A DNA stretch of 42,192 nucleotides from an uncultured archaeon. Lineage in GTDB: Archaea > Asgardarchaeota > Lokiarchaeia > Sigyniarchaeales > SOKP01. Below the pieces are notes generated by a model. The model worked only from the letters and a program-made list of their open reading frames with translations, did not search any database and was not told where the DNA came from. The position numbers and the translations under genes are program-made. Each line of letters begins with the position of its first letter. Positions within the stretch are counted from its first letter, which is position 1. The stretch covers positions 2,714 to 44,905 of the forward strand of contig CAZWEM010000041.1 of the NCBI GenBank assembly GCA_964632315.1, in the 5' to 3' direction. Shown in pieces: positions 28,198 through 39,700 of this stretch.

Positions 28198-29119
28198 GAA
28201 TAGGATCGTTGTATTAGCGGGTGGCGTCGGAGCAGCAAAATTTATTGATGGTTTAATCAGAGTAATTGATCCAGAGAGGTTAGTGATAATAGTAAACACT
28301 GGAGACGATCTCGATCTCTTTGGTCTAAAAATTTGTCCTGACATTGATATTATTACATACACGCTTGCGAATGTAATTGATCGAGATAAAGGTTGGGGAT
28401 TTAGTAATGAAACCTTTAATTCTTTAAAATTATTACAAAAATATTATGACATTGGATGGTTTAATCTTGGTGATAAGGATTTAGCAACTCATATCTTCCG
28501 AACTGATCTCTTTAATCAAGGATTAAGTAAATCTGAAATTACATCTATAATTTGTAGGAAATTAGGAATAAAAGCTCGAGTAATACCTATGTGCAACGAA
28601 TCAGTTATTACTAAAATTAAAACATCTTCAGAAGAAATGCATTTTGAAGAGTATTACATAAAGTATCGGTGTGAACCGACTATTCTAGATTTCTTTTTTG
28701 ATGGTATAGATAAGGCAAATCCAGTTAAAGGTGTGATTACCGAATTAAAAGAAGCAGAAAAAATCATTATTAGCCCATCTAATCCATTTGTATCAATTGG
28801 AACCATCCTTGGGGTACAAGGAATAAAAGATGTTTTAAAACAAAAAAGGAAAAATGTTTATGGAATTAGCCCGATCGTAGAGGGGAAAGCTATAAAGGGA
28901 CCAGCCGATAAGTTAATGCAATGTTTGGGATATGAAGTATCTTGTAAAACTGTAGCCGAAATCTATAGAGAAATTTTGGCCAATTTCATAATCGATAAGA
29001 GAGATTCTTTTTTAAAACCTGACATTGAACAATTAGGTTTGAATTGCTATTGTTTTGATACAATAATGGATAATTTAGAAAAAAAAAAAGCTCTAGCAGA
29101 ATTTGTGATGAATCTTTAA
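28178..29119 (+). CDS. cofD: 2-phospho-L-lactate/PEP transferase (CofD/FbiA)
   Basis: LAGGVGAAKF, VNTGDD, ICPDID, WFNLGDKDLATH, PSNPFVSIG, IKGPADKLM. Confidence 0.95.
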   Translation: MKRILNENRIVVLAGGVGAAKFIDGLIRVIDPERLVIIVNTGDDLDLFGLKICPDIDIITYTLANVIDRDKGWGFSNETFNSLKLLQKYYDIGWFNLGDKDLATHIFRTDLFNQGLSKSEITSIICRKLGIKARVIPMCNESVITKIKTSSEEMHFEEYYIKYRCEPTILDFFFDGIDKANPVKGVITELKEAEKIIISPSNPFVSIGTILGVQGIKDVLKQKRKNVYGISPIVEGKAIKGPADKLMQCLGYEVSCKTVAEIYREILANFIIDKRDSFLKPDIEQLGLNCYCFDTIMDNLEKKKALAEFVMNL

Positions 29120-30552
29120 GTTTCCATCGTTTGAGTTTCCACAGTAATCTCTTGTTCTAACGGTTCATCCTTTTTAACATAATCTCCCACAGATGCTAAT
29201 ATCTCTTTAATCCTACCCTCTTGTTGTAATCTAATGATAAGACTACGATGCTTAATATATGAAATAATTTTAGATATCACAGGGAAAACCAACATTATAG
29301 GAATTAATAATATTATTACTACTTCTGGCGAGTACATAGCCACACTTTCTGAAATTGCTGGAGGCATGTTGAAAACATACACAAAAAACCAATGTGGATG
29401 GATTATCACAAAACTTATTAAAATTAAAATTACTAATCGAGAAATAAAATTGACTATAGTTGATAACGCAAGGACTTTTGCTTTTGGGGTAGAAGATCTC
29501 GCAGTTAAGGTGTCACGAGCTTCCGGATCTTCCCTAAACAGTCTTTCTATATATTTTCCAAGTCTCCTTGTCTTTGATGCTGCTGTGACTAATTTCTTTT
29601 CTTCCTCTTCAAGCTTTCTCTTTTCAATCATTTCTTTTACATATGAAAATCTTTCTTCGAGTTTTAAAAGAAATTTATTCACACTTGTTTTTTCTTCAAT
29701 TTGAAGTTCTTCTTTTCTTTTTTTAGCTTCTTCCCTTATTTTATCAATATTAGCTACAACAAAGTGAGATTCACTTTCTAAAATCCCGAGTTGTGCTTCC
29801 AATCGATCGCTCCTCTGTAAAGAGGGCTTTGTCACTGTATATGTATAATTTATTTGAAATGATAATTCTAAATAAACGTAAGAGATGATTGCAAGAAGAA
29901 TAACGGGACTTGCTAAAAATTGAAAAAAATCATCAATGGGTATATAAGAAAAGGCTGGATCTAATGGGTTAGGGATGTTATCTAAGTATGCGTGGGGAAT
30001 ATATAAAAGATCCATCATATTTCTAAATCCAAAGACCATTAAAGGTACAACTATCATCGCTATTAAAGATCCAATAGCTATCATATCATATTTTGGATTA
30101 TTTTGTAAAAATGATCGAATTAGATATATAACTGATACAATAATTAAAATTTGAAAAGAAAACAAATATAAATCGCCCGTGAAAACCGATATTTCAGCCA
30201 TTATTAGATCAGGTATCTCTGTTAATAAAGGAACATTCCCATTCGGAAAAGTAAACCATAACCTAACGAAATTTCTAATTAATTGGTCTAAAAAATTGAA
30301 CATAAAATCGGGATTGATAAAAAACATAAATGAAGTAAGTTGAATGAAAGCAATCGCAATCAAGTAAATTATTCCAAAGAAAGCATAGGTGAGAATGTTT
30401 CTCACTCCTTCAAAAAATGCTATAATTACCAAATCTCCTTCAGAGGTTGTCATAACTTGATCAATGTGAAAAACTGAAAAAAATAGGAATAAAATCCACA
30501 CATACACAAGAATTTTTATGATTTTTAGACCATAAAAATAATATCTTACCAT
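29116..30552 (-). CDS. Multi-TM membrane protein with a central charged coiled coil; last gene of the MoxR operon
   Basis: Hydrophobic N-terminal half, E/K-rich linker, two further TMs; 2 nt downstream of the DUF58 gene. Confidence 0.7.
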   Translation of the reverse strand: MVRYYFYGLKIIKILVYVWILFLFFSVFHIDQVMTTSEGDLVIIAFFEGVRNILTYAFFGIIYLIAIAFIQLTSFMFFINPDFMFNFLDQLIRNFVRLWFTFPNGNVPLLTEIPDLIMAEISVFTGDLYLFSFQILIIVSVIYLIRSFLQNNPKYDMIAIGSLIAMIVVPLMVFGFRNMMDLLYIPHAYLDNIPNPLDPAFSYIPIDDFFQFLASPVILLAIISYVYLELSFQINYTYTVTKPSLQRSDRLEAQLGILESESHFVVANIDKIREEAKKRKEELQIEEKTSVNKFLLKLEERFSYVKEMIEKRKLEEEEKKLVTAASKTRRLGKYIERLFREDPEARDTLTARSSTPKAKVLALSTIVNFISRLVILILISFVIIHPHWFFVYVFNMPPAISESVAMYSPEVVIILLIPIMLVFPVISKIISYIKHRSLIIRLQQEGRIKEILASVGDYVKKDEPLEQEITVETQTMET

Positions 30553-30554
30553 TT

Positions 30555-31895
30555 TTAATAAGCACTTCCCTTTTTTTTAGCTTCTACATAGGTTTTTAAT
30601 ACACTTGACATCATATCGTCAGGACCAACAGTAATTAAATTTATTCCAAGATTTCGGAGCTCTCGGCGAATTTTGATAATATGTTCCATCATTTCTTCAC
30701 TTATTGCTTCCGCTAATGCTTTATCTGTCGTAGATAAGTCGATTTCATGAATTTCAAACCAAGGACTAAATGGATTTATGATTATAATAGAATGATTGAA
30801 AGGAACTAGTTTTTTAACTGCTTGGGCTATCTCTTTAACATTTCCCTCCAAATCAGAGATTATGAAAATTAAACTGCGCTTTTGAAAGCGCCTATTAAAA
30901 TGATCTATTGCCTCAACCATTCTGTTTTTTCCCTGAGGTTTAATTCTGGCAACAAAATCTAATACTCGGTAGAAATGATCCTCTCCTTTACCTGGCTTCA
31001 AAAAATTAAAATTTTTTCTATCTGAAAATGTAAACACTCCGACATTATCTCTTCGAGTGAGTGCTACCTTTGTAAGCAACATACAAGCTCGAATTGCATA
31101 TTCAAATTTTGTGTTTTCAATCGCACCCCCTGCCATACTATTTGAGGAATCAACTAAAATCATTATGGAAATGTCTCTTTCACTTTCAAATTCCCTAACA
31201 ATTAGTTGTTGTGAACGAGCACTAGCTTTCCAATCAATTAATCTGAATTGATCTCCAAATACATATTTTCTCATCCCATAAAATTCGGATCCTAATCCTT
31301 TTTGTTTGGATCTTTCCAAACCATAGTTTAACTGGAGTGATCTTTTAGAACCCAAAATCTCAATTCTTTTAATATCTTCATAAGGAGGATATATTAAGAT
31401 ATCAGAGACACTATCAGGAATGATCCTTTCCACGGAGTTAAATCCGAGCCGATCTTTTATAGTAACTGATATTGGGCCCAATGGATATTCACCTCTAACT
31501 TTTGGTTCTAAAATGTAAGAGAATTTAACTATTGCTTTGGGGCCAATTCTGGTTGAAATAAAATTTTCACCGAGCACTAGTTTAAATAATTGTGGATTAA
31601 AGTAGTCTCTGATTTCTAGGAATTCAAAACTTTTTTTACCAGTGTTTTCAATTATCACTTTAATGTGAACAAAATCATCCTTGAAAACTTTGTTCTTTTC
31701 CAACTCTCTATGAACTCTGAGTTCTTCTACATTCATTTGCCAATAAAAAATCGGTAAACTAATAATTGTGCTGAATAAAAATAATACTGCGATGTAAATA
31801 AAAAAATAATTCACAAACGCAAATCCTGCAGTTAGAAAGAAAACTGAAAATAATATTAGTGTACGTCCTTTTCCACCTAACACTTTATTCACCAC
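30555..31895 (-). CDS. DUF58 / vWA-domain protein, MoxR partner
   Basis: RGEYPLGP, GSEFYGMRKYVFGDQFRLIDWKASAR, LIVREFESE, MIDAS-like VDSSNSM, ISD. Confidence 0.9.
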   Translation of the reverse strand: MVNKVLGGKGRTLILFSVFFLTAGFAFVNYFFIYIAVLFLFSTIISLPIFYWQMNVEELRVHRELEKNKVFKDDFVHIKVIIENTGKKSFEFLEIRDYFNPQLFKLVLGENFISTRIGPKAIVKFSYILEPKVRGEYPLGPISVTIKDRLGFNSVERIIPDSVSDILIYPPYEDIKRIEILGSKRSLQLNYGLERSKQKGLGSEFYGMRKYVFGDQFRLIDWKASARSQQLIVREFESERDISIMILVDSSNSMAGGAIENTKFEYAIRACMLLTKVALTRRDNVGVFTFSDRKNFNFLKPGKGEDHFYRVLDFVARIKPQGKNRMVEAIDHFNRRFQKRSLIFIISDLEGNVKEIAQAVKKLVPFNHSIIIINPFSPWFEIHEIDLSTTDKALAEAISEEMMEHIIKIRRELRNLGINLITVGPDDMMSSVLKTYVEAKKKGSAY

Positions 31896-31923
31896 TTTTT
31901 ATTTCTTTTTTTAAAAAAATTGG

Positions 31924-32904
31924 TTATATTGGTACGGGTATTTCTTCTACTATCGATTTAAGAACTGATTTTGTATCTAACCCTTCAAGCTCACTTTCAG
32001 CTTTCAACATTATTCTATGATTCAATGCGGGTATTATTAGTGCTCTTACATCATCAGGGGTCACGTATGTACGTCCTAATATTGCAGCCCTTGCTTTAGC
32101 ACACTTCATCAGAGTAAGTGAGGCTCTTGGGCCGCATCCTAATGCGATTTGAGGGTGATTTCGGGTTTTTATGATGATATCTCTGACATATTTAAGAATT
32201 CTTTCATCAATATATACCATATTCATTACTTTTTGAGCAGCCAAAAGTTCTTCTGCGCTAGTAATTACATCAACTGAAGGAGCTTCTCCAGAGATCTGTC
32301 TTCTCATTATCTCAACCTCTTCATCCTGTTCTGGATAGTCTAACCATAACTTAAATAAGAACCTGTCAACTTGGGCCTCTGGTAATGGATACGTTCCTTC
32401 CATTTCGACTGGATTTTCTGTGGCGATGACAATAAATGGTTTTTCCAACGCTAAAGTTTGGCCCTCGATCGTTACCTGTCTTTCCGCCATTGCTTCAAGT
32501 AAAGCTGCTTGAGTTTTAGGTGCACTCCTATTGATTTCATCTGCTAACACTACATTAGCAAAAATTGGACCTTTCTGGAGGACAAATTGACCTTCGTTTT
32601 GATCAAAGATCTTTGTACCAGTTATATCGGCTGGTAATAAATCAGGAGTAAACTGAACTCGTCTAAATGAGATGCCAAGCGTTTTAGCAAAAGTCTTTGC
32701 CATAACAGTCTTGCCAAGGCCCGGCACTCCTTCCAAAAGCACGTGGCCATTAACTAAAAGCGCTATAAATAATTGTTGTAACGTTTCTCCATACCCAACG
32801 ATGACCCTACTCACTTCACTGAGAACCTCCTGAGCAATTTCACGAATAGGGGACACATCCAATTCTTCACGATCATAATATTTTGCTTTATTTGGGGCTT
32901 CCAT
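31924..32904 (-). CDS. moxR: MoxR-family AAA+ ATPase
   Basis: LEGVPGLGKT, RVQFTPDLLPADITG, LADEINR, ENPVEMEGTYPLPEAQVDRF. Confidence 0.95.
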   Translation of the reverse strand: MEAPNKAKYYDREELDVSPIREIAQEVLSEVSRVIVGYGETLQQLFIALLVNGHVLLEGVPGLGKTVMAKTFAKTLGISFRRVQFTPDLLPADITGTKIFDQNEGQFVLQKGPIFANVVLADEINRSAPKTQAALLEAMAERQVTIEGQTLALEKPFIVIATENPVEMEGTYPLPEAQVDRFLFKLWLDYPEQDEEVEIMRRQISGEAPSVDVITSAEELLAAQKVMNMVYIDERILKYVRDIIIKTRNHPQIALGCGPRASLTLMKCAKARAAILGRTYVTPDDVRALIIPALNHRIMLKAESELEGLDTKSVLKSIVEEIPVPI

Positions 32905-32969
32905 TTTTTTTTCACATCTTTATTTGTAATTTTTGTTATTTTTATTGATTTTATAATTATATTTGGTTA

Positions 32970-34706
32970 TCATAAATTATTAACAACCCATTCCATCTCA
33001 AAGAATAGGCTTTCAAAATCTTCTTCATTTTTTACCTTACTCTTTCCTTCTTTTATTGAAATCATCCTATCCATAAATTTAGAGATTCTCTTCATCTTTA
33101 ATTTATTGATTCTCGTCTCTTTTGAAATAACCATATCAATTACATTCTTTGTGGTTATTTTTTTACCTCTAAGTAAAGTATTTAATTTTCTCTCCAATCT
33201 TCTATATAACAGAAGCAAGGCTTTTCCATACTTTGCTTTCTCCCTATACCATCCTATTTTTTCTGCGAAGAAAGATGATGTTCTAAACTTTTCTTTTTCT
33301 TCTATTATTTCTTGTTTGGCTGCTTTCTTCTTTTCTTTTTTGCCTCCTTTTTTAGGAAGATACTTTCTCAAGGTATAAATTGCTATAACAGGATAAATCC
33401 AAGCTGTTATCGGATTAGTGGAAAGATGTATGATATATTGAATAAAGAAACCATAAATTCCAGCAGACGTCAAATCTCTTGAATATTCGGGTCGAATATG
33501 AGCTTCATCAAATGCAATAATCCAATTGTCCTTAGGCTCTCCATATGTTAGCCAATCCACTATATTAATTGCAAATTGTTTATTATCATACCCAGGCCAT
33601 TCTATTAATTCATTATCAAACAAGCTAGCATCAGCAGAAACAAACACTCTTCCATTTCCTGTATCTTTTGCCATAAAAACCGCCTGAGAATAAATACCTA
33701 AAGGCCATTTAGTTGGAAATCCTGGTAGAGATGCCGCTATCATGCTGATATCTACATTATCATCCTCATATCGATAAACATGATCATCATTTTTATCAAC
33801 ATAACTATATTCTGAGGAAGTTCCTACGACATCCCATCCAAAATAAGATAAAAACGGCCCTCCAACAACAGCAGAAGATTGTGATAAGATTAAATTGCTA
33901 ATCCCAGTAGTTGTTGGATGACCTGGAAATGAATTAATTATTGGAAAATCTGTTCTGGTGTCATAAGAAAGATTATCTCTTAAAATTCCATTTGGAAAAA
34001 TAGTGACTGGGATTTTTCCTCTGATATCAGGGTCCAAAGCACCAGCTAAGAATATTTCCCATAACAACCAACTTGAACTGCCGTGATCGTGACATATTAA
34101 AATCGAATTTTTACTCTCATTGCTAAAAAAGTCGATAAAATAAGGGATTTCAAAGACAGGATTATAGAATTGATTTGGTCCAAAAAGAATTAATAAAATA
34201 GATTTATCCAATCTTTCAGTAGCACTAAGACTAGATTGTATTGACATAACTTCATATCCTTGGGAGGTGAGCGTATCACGGAATTTTGATCCTCCATTCC
34301 AATCAGAATTGTAAATAGAAAAGTTTTGATCATTAAGTCCCTGATCAAAAATAGGTCCGAATAAGGGGATAAAAGCAAATACAAAAATTACTAAGAAAAG
34401 AGCTTCTTTGTATATAGAGCCAATTTTAACTTTTTTTCTTGATTGAATCTCTCTTGATTTTTGAACTGTGATTTTCCTTATGAATATAATTAATCCTAAA
34501 CCCAAAAATATTGCTGAAATATAACAAACAAATGGTAAATATGTAATGTATATCGGGAGAAATGAGCCTGGATTATCTTTTTGAAAGATATCTATAAAAT
34601 TAGTTAGAAATACACCATAAAAAATGAAAAATATTGTCAAGAAGGAAATAATGATTCCTTTTGACAAATTCACATTTTTTCCGGAAGATAATCCTAAATT
34701 TGACAT
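32970..34706 (-). CDS. DUF4350-like membrane-anchored protein
   Basis: Three N-terminal TMs, FSIYNSDWNGGSKF, GRVFVSADASLFDNE, IAFDEAH, then a TM and a basic helical tail. Confidence 0.65.
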   Translation of the reverse strand: MSNLGLSSGKNVNLSKGIIISFLTIFFIFYGVFLTNFIDIFQKDNPGSFLPIYITYLPFVCYISAIFLGLGLIIFIRKITVQKSREIQSRKKVKIGSIYKEALFLVIFVFAFIPLFGPIFDQGLNDQNFSIYNSDWNGGSKFRDTLTSQGYEVMSIQSSLSATERLDKSILLILFGPNQFYNPVFEIPYFIDFFSNESKNSILICHDHGSSSWLLWEIFLAGALDPDIRGKIPVTIFPNGILRDNLSYDTRTDFPIINSFPGHPTTTGISNLILSQSSAVVGGPFLSYFGWDVVGTSSEYSYVDKNDDHVYRYEDDNVDISMIAASLPGFPTKWPLGIYSQAVFMAKDTGNGRVFVSADASLFDNELIEWPGYDNKQFAINIVDWLTYGEPKDNWIIAFDEAHIRPEYSRDLTSAGIYGFFIQYIIHLSTNPITAWIYPVIAIYTLRKYLPKKGGKKEKKKAAKQEIIEEKEKFRTSSFFAEKIGWYREKAKYGKALLLLYRRLERKLNTLLRGKKITTKNVIDMVISKETRINKLKMKRISKFMDRMISIKEGKSKVKNEEDFESLFFEMEWVVNNL

Positions 34707-34743
34707 TATTCCTCAATAATTTACATATATTCTTTATTTTACT

Positions 34744-35121
34744 TTAAAAACTAACTGTTGGAATAGATTTTCCAGTTACCTCATTGTATAATGTAGAAAA
34801 TAATTGAACTGTGTAATTAATTTCTTTACTAGTTGGTTCAATACCTCCATAAATTATATCTTCGATCTTCTTTATAAACGGGTAGACGGACTCTGGTTTC
34901 TGATCCAATTCATTCACGCATGTTATAGCATATTCCCGTATCGTTTGATATGCCAAGCGTGGTTTTTTGAATTTCAATGTGATTATATCGTTGTAGACCA
35001 AATATATGTAAGCTATTGCCTCTTTAGCTCTATTAGATTCTACTAAAACCTTCACATTGTCAAATTTCTGTCGTATATCTACTTCTGGTTCAATTACTTT
35101 TTTCTTTCTTGCCATATTCAT
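34744..35121 (-). CDS. Small helical DUF4129-like protein
   Basis: PRLAYQTIREYA...IEDIIYG motif, paralogous to the tail of the upstream gene. Confidence 0.65.
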   Translation of the reverse strand: MNMARKKKVIEPEVDIRQKFDNVKVLVESNRAKEAIAYIYLVYNDIITLKFKKPRLAYQTIREYAITCVNELDQKPESVYPFIKKIEDIIYGGIEPTSKEINYTVQLFSTLYNEVTGKSIPTVSF

Positions 35122-35192
35122 TACCTTTTATCTATTTTTTAACTCTTTATTTATTAATTTTTTTTGACTTTAAATTTGTTTTTACATTTTGA

Positions 35193-36686
35193 TTAAAAAT
35201 TTACCACAAAATTGTAACCAGTCAATTCATGATATATTGGTGAAAATAATTCAATTGTATTGTAAAATTCTTTATCGGTGATTTGAAATGGTTTAGCATA
35301 AATTATTTCCTCAACTTTTTGTATGAAAGGATATATTGAAGTTGGAGTTAAATTGAGTTGAGTAACCGAAATTATCGCAAAATCACGAATGGTTTCGGTG
35401 TCTTTTCTTATTCGACCATATTTTGCTTGTATTAAATCCATATAAATTGCATTAAATAAATATGATAAAGATTCTTCCAATCGGCCAGAATCCTTCAGAA
35501 TTTTTAAGTTTAAGATTCTATCCTCTAATGGCAGGTGGACGACTCTAGATTCTTTTTCACTCTTCTTATATCGATAAAATCCATATATAGCTAATCCAAC
35601 AATACTCCCAACTATAATTGGGATAAATATGGTGAAAAAATCCATAAAAGGAACCTCAGTAGGAGTAGGAGGTGGCGCAGATTCTACCATTATCGAATGA
35701 CTTGTCGAAAGAACTCCTAAAGGGCCATCCATTTCAATTCGTAATTGGAAATTCCCAGTACCTCCAGTAAGCTGATATATAAAATCGAAATATCCTCCAG
35801 CATCAGTTGCTAGATTAGCAATCACACTTGAATTGTACAAAATCCGAATATTACGATTGTTAATTGGAAGGTTGGGATCGTTTAAAGATAAAATTTGACC
35901 TCTAATCCTTAAACTACGGTTTTCTATTATCTGATCAGGAAGGTTCCAGTCGCAGGAGATGTCCGAGAAAATTTTAGGATTTGCCATTGTACTATCGGTA
36001 TAGGCAACATACGGTATATTGCTATAGCTAAATAATAATGTGAGATCATCACCTGCTGAATCAGGAATATATATATCATTAATTTCTCCCCCAATATTAG
36101 TAAAAACGATGTCAGAATATACTAAAGTAGGTCCTTCATACCAATAGTAATTTAGTGGTTCAAATGAAATTCCTAATCCATTCTCATATCTCAAGTATCC
36201 TTCGAATTCTAGATTTTCACCCAACATTTTTGCTTCAGTAGGATCGTTTAATTCAATATTAGACGTGGTATTAATATCAATATTTAAATAAGAAGTATAA
36301 TCTACATTTCCAGGGGGAGTAGGACTCTCCACAATAACTTCTAAAGTATGAGAGATAAACACGTTAAGAGAGTCATCAATAGTGTAAGCAATGGAAAAAT
36401 TGCCACCCGCGTCCGTAATATCATTGAAGTTGCTATAAGGAGTTCCATCCACGTATATTATTACGGTATAGTCTGATTTTCCTAACCCATCAAATAAATT
36501 ATATAATCTTCCCTGAATGTTAATAATACTATTGGTTTGGTGTCTTGTGTTATTAATTCCAGAATCATATACGTCCAATGTAGCCCAAAATCCCGATGAG
36601 TTAAGATCTTCTGGATAATTTTTGATGCTAATTGATTTATTATTAGCTTGAAATATGAGGATATTAGAAAACAAGAAGAGCAACAT
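35193..36686 (-). CDS. Single-pass surface protein: Ig-like beta domains, TM, cytoplasmic DUF4129-like tail
   Basis: TDAGGNFSI / TDAGGYFDF repeats, PPPTPT linker, TM, ETIRDFA...VEEIIYA. Confidence 0.7.
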   Translation of the reverse strand: MLLFLFSNILIFQANNKSISIKNYPEDLNSSGFWATLDVYDSGINNTRHQTNSIINIQGRLYNLFDGLGKSDYTVIIYVDGTPYSNFNDITDAGGNFSIAYTIDDSLNVFISHTLEVIVESPTPPGNVDYTSYLNIDINTTSNIELNDPTEAKMLGENLEFEGYLRYENGLGISFEPLNYYWYEGPTLVYSDIVFTNIGGEINDIYIPDSAGDDLTLLFSYSNIPYVAYTDSTMANPKIFSDISCDWNLPDQIIENRSLRIRGQILSLNDPNLPINNRNIRILYNSSVIANLATDAGGYFDFIYQLTGGTGNFQLRIEMDGPLGVLSTSHSIMVESAPPPTPTEVPFMDFFTIFIPIIVGSIVGLAIYGFYRYKKSEKESRVVHLPLEDRILNLKILKDSGRLEESLSYLFNAIYMDLIQAKYGRIRKDTETIRDFAIISVTQLNLTPTSIYPFIQKVEEIIYAKPFQITDKEFYNTIELFSPIYHELTGYNFVVNF

Positions 36687-36729
36687 TAGAATTATTTTTT
36701 TATTAAGATTCAGGATACTAACACCTCCA

Positions 36730-39700
36730 TTATGCTCTAAATAATTCTATAATTGTAGATTCGATATAATAATGGTCTGGCGCTATAAAGCTGTCTACTG
36801 GATCAAAAGTAGCCCAAACCTCAGCTTGATCGGGCCAATCCGGTGAATCAACAGTAATGGTAATATTGAACCATCCACTACCATCAGTAGTACCGATTTC
36901 AGTTTTAATAACTCCTCCTAAACCATCCTCAATATTTATGGTAATTGATCTACTCCCCGTGATAAGAGATCCATTATCCCAATATAAATACCCATAAGCA
37001 TGTATCTCATCACCTTCGTAAAATCCACCTTCAAAAGTAGTATCATAATTCCCAACTATGTAAGTTCCAGCAGTGACGTTCAGGGATATAAGTAGACTAC
37101 TACTATGAATCATATAGTCGGATAATGATATACCTAATTCACTTATACTTCCATTAAAATCAATTCTGAAGTAATATTTTCCTTGAGGACAACTTAGATC
37201 AATTGAATTAATATCAAATTGATAACTTCCATCAATAAGGTTGAATATTTGACTTCCCGCTAAATTGAGGTATACTGAAACATCATTTAGAGATGAATCA
37301 AGTAAATGTATTCCTATGTTTAAGCCTCGTAGGTTTACAGAACCATCTTGAACAGTTCCAAAAACATTGAAACTATCAAGACTTCTTTGAATTGCTTGTT
37401 GGGAACTCGATGCTGATATACTAATTGCATCATTGATTATGATATAGGTTGTATTAACAGTTGGAGCAGATGCCCATTGAACTCTAATTCTATGCAAACC
37501 TGCGTGCCAAGAGATCGAATTAACATTAAAATCCCATCTTCCATTGTCTGATGAATTAAACAGATGGGATCCGATCTCGGAATTTAAATATACATCAGTG
37601 AGGACAAGAGTCCCATCAGATACCGGGGTTCCACTCTGGGTGACATATATTGAAAAATTAATAATATCTCCTTTATTATACCTTTCTGGTAAATTGAAAT
37701 CATCATAGAATGAAAGTGCTGGACTTCCGTCAATCAAAAATTGGATAGCAATATCATTTGGATCAATTACTTTCAAATCATAATTTGCATCGTCACTACT
37801 TGTAAAATTACTATATGTTAAAATATCAAAATTAAAATCAAATTGATTAAACTGATTATTAGGAAGAGAATAAATAAATTCTCCATAAAATCCTACATTT
37901 AGCGTATAATTTGCTGCTGGAGTGGCAATATCTACTGACAAGGAAAGATCAAATGTTCCACTATCGTCCAATTGAAAGAGATTTGATGATAAGTAATAAG
38001 AAACATCAGTCATGGTACTATCAAGTAGTGCAATATAGATTTCTGTAAACTTAATGGGAGCTCCATTTAAACTATCGGTTATAGTACCTTGAATCGTAAA
38101 TATTTCTCCTCCTCTAAAAATTTGATTTGGATTAGGTCCAGTTTGTACGTCTAGAACAATGTTATCGTTTAAGGTAAAATAGGAATAATTATAATTCGAA
38201 CCCCATTTTGCATATATCAAATGTGGTCCAGCACACGCTAAAATATTTGTGTAATAAATAAATGAAGCTCTCCCATTAATCGTTTGAGTCCATCCAATGT
38301 ATAGATCTTGAGTAAGATCATAGAATTCAATGACTTCGTTATCAAGTGGATTAAGCAGTTCCAAATAAACTGATAAATTGACTTGTCCATTACGATTAAT
38401 AACTGGATTATAATAGTCATAAGAATCATAACCATCAATATAAAAATCAAACTTTAAAGTTGGCGGAGTATTTATTTCTAATTCATAATCCAAGTATGTA
38501 GAGTTGCTTAATATAGGTAGATTAAACAAATAAGGATATGGATTACCTATTTGAAACAAGTTAATCGTTCCATTAAAATCTAATCTTAAAGTGTAATTTC
38601 CCGTTGGAGTATTAGGAGCAACTCCAAAATTTAAGTTAAAATAACCATTACTACTTGTTTGGAATGGATAACTGTCAAATGGGATTAAAAATGATGAGTA
38701 ATTTACACCCCCTCTTAAAAGTGTAAGTTTTATATCCGAAAATCCTAGCTTTTTGGACCTATCATTTGTATCAGTTATTTCTCCTACTACATTAAAGGCG
38801 GTTTGGCCACCTCCAGTCCGATTAATAGTTCGGGGTGTAGGACCTGAAATTAGATGAATTGTAGGAGCATCGTTTAAGATATAATAAGAATAATTTTCTT
38901 GAAAGCCAAGTCTAGCATATAATAAATTAGGTCCTGATATAACCTGAGCGCCAATAAAGTAATCAATCGTAGTAAAACCCTCAGAATTGGTATAATTTCC
39001 ATTAAGAAAATTGTTACCATCTGTGTAATCATAAAATTCAACGTATTCATTCGCAAGTGGTCCAAGAGTATCATGGTACACGTAAGCCTTCAGACGAATG
39101 GTGGAATATCTACTTACAAGAGGCGAGTTTGGAATATTTGAAGGAACATTATCAATATAAAATAATAGGTTTTTAGTTCCCTTTGTTATATTAAAATCTA
39201 ATTGATTACTTGAATAGCTGTTCACAAGGAATAAGTTGAAAGGGGTTAAATCTAGAGGATCGATAAAAGTGCCATTAAAATCAACTCGAACCACATAATT
39301 TCCTGGAATCAAAGATGAATCAGCATCAACACTCATATCAAAATCACCATTCATTCTCGTGATTCCAAAGTTAGGAAAAAAGGGAGAGGCTCTTATATTA
39401 GTTCCTTTATACAAAAGCACGAATTCGACTTGAGCATTCCTCACTCTCAAGCCATTCAATGGATCTGCTAAATAACCCTGGATATTTGTTGATGTGCTAA
39501 GTGAAAGATTGACACTTGGAGGATTGATGCTATTTAATTGTACTTGAATATCCCCATATATATCAAATCGTGTGTAGTTGATAGTTTGAGGATTATATGT
39601 AGCTGTGATATAATGAGGCCCAACAACTTGAGTGCTATCAATAGGGATCATTATCGAGGCATTTCCGTAGATATCAGTAACTGCAGATCCTAAAAAGTCA

